64,000 bases of DNA from Escherichia phage ECP_WGS_SA1. The notes beneath the pieces are model-generated. The model ran no database searches, was not told the DNA's origin, and worked only from the letters and a program-made list of their open reading frames with translations. The DNA lies in sequence record PQ604604, one strand, 5' to 3'. Positions within the stretch are counted from its first letter, which is position 1, and every line of letters begins with the position of its first letter. The position numbers and the translations under genes are program-made. Below, piece by piece: positions 58,104 through 64,000 of this stretch.

Positions 58104-59774
58104 ATGTCAATTGAACATGACAATCTTCCAGAGGATACAGGTGATGAATTTGGTGCAATCTTTGACGAAATTCAAGACGCTGGTGTTTCAGAAGAAATGC
58201 AAGCGGCAGAGCAGCAAGGCACCAGAGCTAAAATCAGCCTACAGCACAAGGCTGTTGAGAAAGATGCAGAGCGCATGGAATGCTACGGTGAAGAAGACTT
58301 GGTTGAAAGAGCACGTTTGCTCGCCTCACTTCAGGTAATCAAGTTCCCTCATTATAAACCGACGAAAGATGATTTTGTTCTTCAGGCGGACCGGACGAGT
58401 GACATGAACCGTTATGCGGTTTTCGACGCGTTGTTTGATAAGGGAAGCGGCGTTGTTCCATTCCCTCACAAAGATACTTTTCGTGGGCGCTTAGTCGACC
58501 ATCGCGGCGAAACATTCACCGACCGGACGTTGGAAGTCACAGAGATAGTTGCCGCTGTCGACGCAGCAGGACTGTCCAACCCAAATTCACGTCAGGTCGC
58601 TCAATCCTATAAGGAATGGGCCATGCGTTATCAGCGCGATGACCTGATGGACTTCTTCTACAAGAAGCTGCCTGAATGGGACGGTACTGCGCGCATTGAG
58701 AAATACCTTATCGAGCTATTCCGACCGTTCGATACAGAGTTAAACCGACAAATCGGTGTGTATTTTTGGCTATCGCTCTATAACCGCCTGACCAACCCTG
58801 GCTGTCAAGCGCCAATCTCCATTGCGCTCATCGGCGGCCAGAACGCAGGGAAGAGTTATTTTAGTAAGCTGCTTTGCGAAGCTATTATGAACGACCGCCA
58901 CGCAACACCGATTCCGTTGAACTTGGCCGCGCAGAACTTCAACCCGTTCTTGCGAGCTATTACGGGTCGCTCAATTATCGCGAACGTTGGCGAGATGACA
59001 GGCTTTAAAAAGGCCGACATCGAAAACATGAAAGCATTCCTGACTAAGACGGAAGATGACCTGGACTTCAAATTTGAAGACACGCAGGTTAAACCACGCC
59101 AGTGGATTGCGATCATGGACGGCAACGAATACGCAGGCATGCAGCGTGACGATACGGGCAACCGTCGTGTGTATCCTATCTTTGTTGGCCAACTCGCCGA
59201 CAAGGACGGGCAACCGAACTGGTCGAAAGACTTCCAAGCTGACCTTTCCACTTTGAAAGAAGATGTTTGGCAGTTGATGGCTGAGTGCGCTGCGTGGATG
59301 GAGAAGCACGGCGAAGCAGGTTACAATGCCTTTGTTGGTGAAACATCTCGTATGCTTACTGAGTTCAGTAAGAACGAAATGGAACGCGCTCGCGGCGTTA
59401 TCCGTGATGAGATGGTCGACAACGACCTTGTTGAAGTCATCATTACCGCGCCTTATGACCGACATCACAGCGGACGCTGGCACATCACCAGTGGTGCAAT
59501 CGCTATGGGATTCAGAGCTAAGTGCGGCAAGTCGCCTTTCTCACGTACCCTTGCGCCGCACATGTCGAAGCTTGGATTTGAGCCTGCAACCTATCGCAAC
59601 CAGCGTGGCTACTTTACGCCGCTGATTAAGAATGAAGCAGGGGAATACATTTCTGACTTGATGACTATCTTAGCGTATCTTATCCGCGACGAGTCTGACC
59701 CTGAAGATATTGAATTCTTGAAGAAGGTTATTGAACGCAAACGTTCTTTAGGAAGAGATAAGGATGAATTCTGA
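58104..59774 (+). CDS. P-loop NTPase, D5/VirE-like primase-helicase
   Basis: Walker A IALIGGQNAGKSYF in the central region; position after the primase. Confidence 0.5.
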   Translation: MSIEHDNLPEDTGDEFGAIFDEIQDAGVSEEMQAAEQQGTRAKISLQHKAVEKDAERMECYGEEDLVERARLLASLQVIKFPHYKPTKDDFVLQADRTSDMNRYAVFDALFDKGSGVVPFPHKDTFRGRLVDHRGETFTDRTLEVTEIVAAVDAAGLSNPNSRQVAQSYKEWAMRYQRDDLMDFFYKKLPEWDGTARIEKYLIELFRPFDTELNRQIGVYFWLSLYNRLTNPGCQAPISIALIGGQNAGKSYFSKLLCEAIMNDRHATPIPLNLAAQNFNPFLRAITGRSIIANVGEMTGFKKADIENMKAFLTKTEDDLDFKFEDTQVKPRQWIAIMDGNEYAGMQRDDTGNRRVYPIFVGQLADKDGQPNWSKDFQADLSTLKEDVWQLMAECAAWMEKHGEAGYNAFVGETSRMLTEFSKNEMERARGVIRDEMVDNDLVEVIITAPYDRHHSGRWHITSGAIAMGFRAKCGKSPFSRTLAPHMSKLGFEPATYRNQRGYFTPLIKNEAGEYISDLMTILAYLIRDESDPEDIEFLKKVIERKRSLGRDKDEF

Positions 59775-60421
59775 TGAATAAAGCAATCAACATCGCTAAA
59801 TTCTTTCAAAATCTCGGTGAACTGAACAAAGAGAGTGACGTTCACGGAGAAGAAATGAACCGGATGATTTCAACCGTGTTGCGTGGTTTTGGGTACGATA
59901 AGGACTCCATCACCTGTAAACGCACGAAGCTTGTCGATGAGACATACCTTTACTACGTTGAATTGCGCGTAGGCAAAGATTTGATGATCATCGACCCTAA
60001 ATTGGAAGGGGCGCATTGTTTTGGCGCTCACCCTCGTGCAAGTGAATTCAAGGGGCGCGGTCGCAACCGACTCCAGAAGCTTGATGATGCAGGCGACCTG
60101 AACATCTCAATGTTCCTCAAAGAGTTCCTTGCGCTGCCGAAGGTCGCATCTTCAACGGGTCGTGATGACCTGTGCAAGATTGGATTCAGAACTAAAGATT
60201 TGCGCAATGCGCTACGCAAGAAGGGATTTGTGCCTTCTTATGATAACGTCGCCGCGCTGATGGCTTCCATGGAGGAAGCTGAAGCAATGGATAAGGTGCG
60301 CGGATATTTCCTGAATACAGGCTACACAATGTATGAGTGGCACAACAAAGGATTGACGGTCGCCGACTTCATCTATTCATTAGAGCAGAAGTATGTACGC
60401 AATATGCAGGCCACAGGATAA
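59774..60421 (+). CDS. Hypothetical protein, 215 aa
   Basis: ORF. Confidence 0.4.
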   Translation: MNKAINIAKFFQNLGELNKESDVHGEEMNRMISTVLRGFGYDKDSITCKRTKLVDETYLYYVELRVGKDLMIIDPKLEGAHCFGAHPRASEFKGRGRNRLQKLDDAGDLNISMFLKEFLALPKVASSTGRDDLCKIGFRTKDLRNALRKKGFVPSYDNVAALMASMEEAEAMDKVRGYFLNTGYTMYEWHNKGLTVADFIYSLEQKYVRNMQATG

Positions 60422-60460
60422 TTATCATCAAAATATTTGCTTTTCTGACGAGGTGATATT

Positions 60461-60685
60461 ATGATTAATTTAGACAGGATTGAGTTAGCACTTAGTACCT
60501 TAATCAAATATTACCAGTTTGCTTTTAAGGCAAGTTTGTTTGGCTTGTTCAATCCTCATCAAGCAGCAAAGGCGCGAAGCAATGCCAACCGCCTGCGCTG
60601 CACTGGTATAGTCATCCACGACCGGATATTGACAGAGGGTAGATTCAGCCATGAATACACAAGGGAGAATAACAAAGCAACGTAG
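60461..60685 (+). CDS. Hypothetical protein, 74 aa
   Basis: ORF with GAGGTG RBS. Confidence 0.4.
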   Translation: MINLDRIELALSTLIKYYQFAFKASLFGLFNPHQAAKARSNANRLRCTGIVIHDRILTEGRFSHEYTRENNKAT

Positions 60686-60860
60686 GGCTTTACAAGTCCT
60701 CATCTACTACCTGACACGCCTTTATCCAACGGCGCACGAGCAGAATCCATCAACGGGTCACCTGTTTAAGCGCCGTAACCTTTCGTTGAAAACATTCGCT
60801 TTAATCCAATACGACCGCTACCTGGACGGGCGCTACTGCGGCCCGAAGGACTCACTATGA
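60651..60860 (+). CDS. Hypothetical protein, 69 aa
   Basis: ORF; overlaps the previous gene by 35 bp. Confidence 0.3.
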   Translation: MNTQGRITKQRRALQVLIYYLTRLYPTAHEQNPSTGHLFKRRNLSLKTFALIQYDRYLDGRYCGPKDSL

Positions 60861-61135
60861 TTACTACATACAAAGTATTCTTTGTCAAATGCACATCATC
60901 AATTGATGACCAGTTTACTGCTGGAAAGAATTATCCCGTGATTTCTGAGTCAAGGTTAGATATAATCTTGAACGATCATGAAATCTATGAGCCGATGCCA
61001 GCAACTGCGTTTGATGTTATCGGTCACGTTCGGATTAAGACGAATGTTGAAACGATGCATGACCCGTTGTTCAAGAAACAAATTAAGAATGCCATGCAAG
61101 ACTTTTGCGCGGCTATGTTCAAATACTATAAGTGA
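60857..61135 (+). CDS. Hypothetical protein, 92 aa
   Basis: ORF. Confidence 0.4.
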   Translation: MITTYKVFFVKCTSSIDDQFTAGKNYPVISESRLDIILNDHEIYEPMPATAFDVIGHVRIKTNVETMHDPLFKKQIKNAMQDFCAAMFKYYK

Positions 61136-61142
61136 GTTGAAG

Positions 61143-61364
61143 ATGAGCAAGAAAACTCTTAAGGCTGGCGACCGTATCCGTTGGGTGTCGGGACAAAATA
61201 TGCGCGCAGGCACCATCCTTGAGCTGGATCAATACCTTACTGATTCGCGCGGTCGCAATCATTACCGTGTTCGAATCGATACGGTAAAAGAAGATGACAA
61301 GTCACTTGTTGGTGAAGTGGTCATCGTTACTCCACGTCAAATTAAGGCGGCTTGTGAAGCATGA
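61143..61364 (+). CDS. Hypothetical protein, 73 aa
   Basis: ORF; start at MSKKTLKAG. Confidence 0.4.
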   Translation: MSKKTLKAGDRIRWVSGQNMRAGTILELDQYLTDSRGRNHYRVRIDTVKEDDKSLVGEVVIVTPRQIKAACEA

Positions 61365-61516
61365 ATAAATTTCAGTTCAACGATAACAAGATAAGTAAAG
61401 CAGACGCAATCAAGCAGCTTCGCCGCGTACTTGAAGCCAGCGGCCATACGAAAGAGCGTGCACGCGTCCTAGCCAAAGAACATTATAAACGTTTTGTGTC
61501 ACAAATCAGAGGTTGA
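61361..61516 (+). CDS. Possible small protein, 51 aa
   Basis: Short ORF with ATGA overlap. Confidence 0.3.
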   Translation: MNKFQFNDNKISKADAIKQLRRVLEASGHTKERARVLAKEHYKRFVSQIRG

Positions 61517-61518
61517 CC

Positions 61519-61866
61519 ATGGCTCATGTTAAAGACGAAGTTTTATACGGCGCAGAGATTAAGAAGCGNNNNNNNNNNNNNNNNNNNNNNNNNNNNNNNN
61601 NNNNNNNNNNNNNNNNNNNNNNNNNNNNNNNTGGCGTATCCGGCACGAAGGAGATGGGCGTGTTGGTGAAAGACATTCGCGTTGGGGATGTCATGGTCAT
61701 CGACCGACAAGCGCGAGTCGTTATCCAGGTGCAACCGAACGATGATGAAGGGTGTGTCCTATTGAAGCTGAAGAAGCTTTCATCCAGCCCAGCAAAGGCT
61801 ATCATCAAGAAGGTCTGGCCCGAAGGATTACGCAAACTCATTCGTCGACCCGTGGAGAATGTGTGA
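61519..61866 (+). CDS. Hypothetical protein; internal N-run
   Basis: ORF. Confidence 0.35.
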   Translation: MAHVKDEVLYGAEIKKXXXXXXXXXXXXXXXXXXXXXXGVSGTKEMGVLVKDIRVGDVMVIDRQARVVIQVQPNDDEGCVLLKLKKLSSSPAKAIIKKVWPEGLRKLIRRPVENV

Positions 61867-62102
61867 TGGAAGATTATATTAACGCCATGTATATTGCATT
61901 CTATGTCGTTCAACTTCCCAATGGCGCGGTATTTTATGGCGAGTACACCTTTGACGTTCAATATGACGTTTCAGAGCGTACAGTGTTAACAAGAGAGTTG
62001 ATTGCGGACCTTAAGGACGACATCAAACGCGTCGCGCGGCAGCAGTTCAATTTGGATGACACAGTCATCGTTCGTATAACCGGAATAACAGAGGTGCAGT
62101 GA
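61866..62102 (+). CDS. Hypothetical protein, 78 aa
   Basis: ORF with stop/start overlap. Confidence 0.4.
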   Translation: MEDYINAMYIAFYVVQLPNGAVFYGEYTFDVQYDVSERTVLTRELIADLKDDIKRVARQQFNLDDTVIVRITGITEVQ

Positions 62103-62431
62103 TGACCCGTGATCAGATACTCGCCGCGCATGAACGTGNNNNNNNNNNNNNNNNNNNNNNNNNNNNNNNNNNNNNNNNNNNNNNNNNNNNNNNNNNNNNN
62201 NNNNNNNNNNNNNNNNNNNNNNNNNNNNNNNNNNNNNNNNNNNNNNNNNNNNNNNNNNNNNNNNNNNNNNNNNNNNNNNNNNNNNNNNNNNNNNNNNNNN
62301 NNNNNNNNNNNNNNNNNNNNNNNNNNNNNNNNNNNNNNNNNNTCTATCGATTCTCTCACCGGACGGGTGATACAAAGATAACAAGGACACGTGACCAGAT
62401 AGAGATTGACCTACTCCACTATGTAAAATGA
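62102..62431 (+). CDS. Hypothetical protein; mostly masked
   Basis: ORF spanning N-run 62139-62342. Confidence 0.3.
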   Translation: MTRDQILAAHERXXXXXXXXXXXXXXXXXXXXXXXXXXXXXXXXXXXXXXXXXXXXXXXXXXXXXXXXXXXXXXXXXXXXXYRFSHRTGDTKITRTRDQIEIDLLHYVK

Positions 62432-62433
62432 AT

Positions 62434-62460
62434 ATCAAAAAGGTGAGCTAAATGCTTGCC
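62434..62460 (+). repeat. 27-bp sequence TCAAAAAGGTGAGCTAAATGCTTGCCT, repeated exactly at 63974-64000
   Basis: Read directly at both positions. Confidence 0.85.
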
Positions 62461-62516
62461 TTTTCTTTTATCAATACTTATACTCTTTTCATCAATACTA
62501 ACAAGCGAGGTGAATT

Positions 62517-62834
62517 ATGATTTACTTAGGCATCGACCAGGAACAAGACGAGCGGTTAGGAAGCGTGTTAAACGTAGAATTAAACACAGCTGTACACGTC
62601 AAGCCTTGGCCAGAGGCTCATCCCGACGTAGTTGTACCCGTTGCGCCTTGGACGCGTTACGTTGCCATTGACGATGAAGGCCTTGTGCATTGTTACTCAG
62701 AAAAACCGACATACTTCGAAAAGTATCGCCAATGGCTTATGACTGGTTGGGCAAAGGTGCGCTGTTGCGGCGAAGTCGGTCTGGAAGGCTGGAGCTTCAA
62801 GGCTAGTGAATCGTGTGTCGAGGTGCAATTATGA
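62517..62834 (+). CDS. Hypothetical protein, 105 aa
   Basis: ORF with GAGGTG RBS. Confidence 0.45.
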   Translation: MIYLGIDQEQDERLGSVLNVELNTAVHVKPWPEAHPDVVVPVAPWTRYVAIDDEGLVHCYSEKPTYFEKYRQWLMTGWAKVRCCGEVGLEGWSFKASESCVEVQL

Positions 62835-63049
62835 ATGCCGCGCTGGGTAAGCTGTCTTTCAACAAGCGCAATGAGTTGCGCATGGTGTCTCGTTTTCAAN
62901 NNNNNNNNNNNNNNNNNNNNNNNNNNNNNNNNNNNNNNNNNNNNNNNNNNNNNNNNNNNNNNNNNNNNNNNNNNNNNNNNNNNNNNNNNNAACAATTACN
63001 ANATGCTGCTTATAANCTGCAGCAATATGCTATGGAGTATGCAAAATGA
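62831..63049 (+). CDS. Hypothetical protein; mostly masked
   Basis: ATGA overlap start; N-run 62900-62990. Confidence 0.3.
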   Translation: MNAALGKLSFNKRNELRMVSRFQXXXXXXXXXXXXXXXXXXXXXXXXXXXXXXXQLXXAAYXLQQYAMEYAK

Positions 63050-63330
63050 AGATGCAAAGATGTCCACATTGCTTGTCCACGATGCGGCTTACTGCTGAAG
63101 AATATTTACATCACGTTAACGTTTGTGAGGCTAATCCTGAAAATTCGACGCGTTACTATTATCACTATCACGCAGAAGCGGAAGATGGATCAGGCGCAAC
63201 AGGAATCGTTACCACGAAAGAAATGGTGATCACCAAAAAGGCGTATGAAAGTCTGCTTGATACAATAAAGGAAGTATCTGGAAAAGAAATAATCTGCATC
63301 AAATCTTTGTCTTTCTTACACGAGGTGTAA
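63046..63330 (+). CDS. Small CxxC protein, paralog 1
   Basis: N-terminus MKMQRCPHCLSTMRL ... H..C.ANP. Confidence 0.45.
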   Translation: MKMQRCPHCLSTMRLTAEEYLHHVNVCEANPENSTRYYYHYHAEAEDGSGATGIVTTKEMVITKKAYESLLDTIKEVSGKEIICIKSLSFLHEV

Positions 63331-63331
63331 A

Positions 63332-63715
63332 ATGAGAATGAAACGTTGTCCGTATTGCCACGATGTAATGCATCTTCCGCATGAAGAGTTCGTGCAGCAC
63401 ATGACTAATTGTGATAAGAATCCTAAGAGCGAAAGCCAGCTTGAAGAAAGAATGTTTCTGGTGTCATTCAANNNNNNNNNNNNNNNNNNNNNNNNNNNNN
63501 NNNNNNNNNNNNNNNNNNNNNNNNNNNNNNNNNCATTGAGAAGCGACATTGACTCAATGCAGCTTGCGGCCTGGATTAACGTTAAGGAAGGCATCACTCC
63601 GCACTTTATCGCGCGCATCCAGTCCCAGATTCTACAAATCAAGCGCGAATACAACCGTGACATCACTGAAGTGAAGGTTCTTTCCATAACGCCGATGAAT
63701 AAGGAGTTACCGTGA
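63332..63715 (+). CDS. Small CxxC protein, paralog 2; internal N-run
   Basis: N-terminus MRMKRCPYCHDVMHL ... H..C.KNP. Confidence 0.45.
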   Translation: MRMKRCPYCHDVMHLPHEEFVQHMTNCDKNPKSESQLEERMFLVSFXXXXXXXXXXXXXXXXXXXXXXLRSDIDSMQLAAWINVKEGITPHFIARIQSQILQIKREYNRDITEVKVLSITPMNKELP

Positions 63716-63972
63716 ACAAGGGTCCGATGACTAAACTGGCCGTTGCCGCGCGGAAGCTTCGACAGGCCGTTAATGGGTCGCGGCCCGTGGTGTTAACACT
63801 CGACGACGCAAAGGCGCTGGTAGAGCTACTCGACGAGCACAACCGACGCAAGAATCTGGAGAACACATTACGCTGGCGCGTCACTCCAGCCGGACGGGAG
63901 AGCGAGAAGAAAGCTTACTTGCGACGCAAACTAAGGTCAGTCGGCCTTCACGAAGAGGCGAAGAAGATTTGA
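63712..63972 (+). CDS. Hypothetical basic protein, 86 aa
   Basis: GTG start with AAGGAG RBS. Confidence 0.4.
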   Translation: MNKGPMTKLAVAARKLRQAVNGSRPVVLTLDDAKALVELLDEHNRRKNLENTLRWRVTPAGRESEKKAYLRRKLRSVGLHEEAKKI

Positions 63973-63973
63973 T

Positions 63974-64000
63974 TCAAAAAGGTGAGCTAAATGCTTGCCT
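63974..64000 (+). repeat. Second copy of the 27-bp repeat, at the window edge
   Basis: Identical to 62434-62460. Confidence 0.85.

Noticed and set aside
1-64000. Integrase, repressor or other lysogeny module
   Set aside because: No tyrosine or serine recombinase-like ORF or repressor was recognised in the readable sequence; lifestyle cannot be decided from this window.

Overview
This window reads as a large segment of a tailed dsDNA phage genome with a contractile tail (sheath plus tube genes), from a Gram-negative host (embedded spanin pair with a lipobox, GH19-type endolysin). Layout: (1) 1-9.3 kb, an early-type region of small genes on both strands, dense in short dispersed repeats and promoter-like elements; (2) 9.4-37.3 kb, a plus-strand morphogenesis block: large terminase, portal (with an unexpected C-terminal pyrophosphatase-like signature), MuF-like head protein, fibre-repeat protein, protease/scaffold-like protein, major capsid, neck genes, sheath, two tube paralogs, tape measure with a lytic transglycosylase domain, baseplate and fibre genes; (3) 37.3-41 kb, lysis genes (endolysin, embedded spanins) plus a DNA ligase; (4) 41-55.5 kb, a minus-strand replication and nucleotide-metabolism block (SNF2 helicase, VRR-NUC, DnaE-like polymerase, DnaQ-like exonuclease, ThyX-like enzyme, HAD/SDR/FAD redox enzymes, Dda-like helicase); (5) 55.7-64 kb, plus-strand AEP primase-polymerase, P-loop primase-helicase and many tightly packed small genes. 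About 17 runs of N interrupt several genes, so some calls are partial. The most notable candidate is a redox/nucleotide enzyme cluster at 48.3-52.9 kb that may be a nucleotide or DNA modification pathway. Other candidates are the portal-fused pyrophosphatase-like domain, an antisense two-gene cassette between terminase and portal, a 9-bp iteron region inside the head module, and an ATTTGCACTAT repeat family. All functional calls rest on motifs read by eye; no database search was run.
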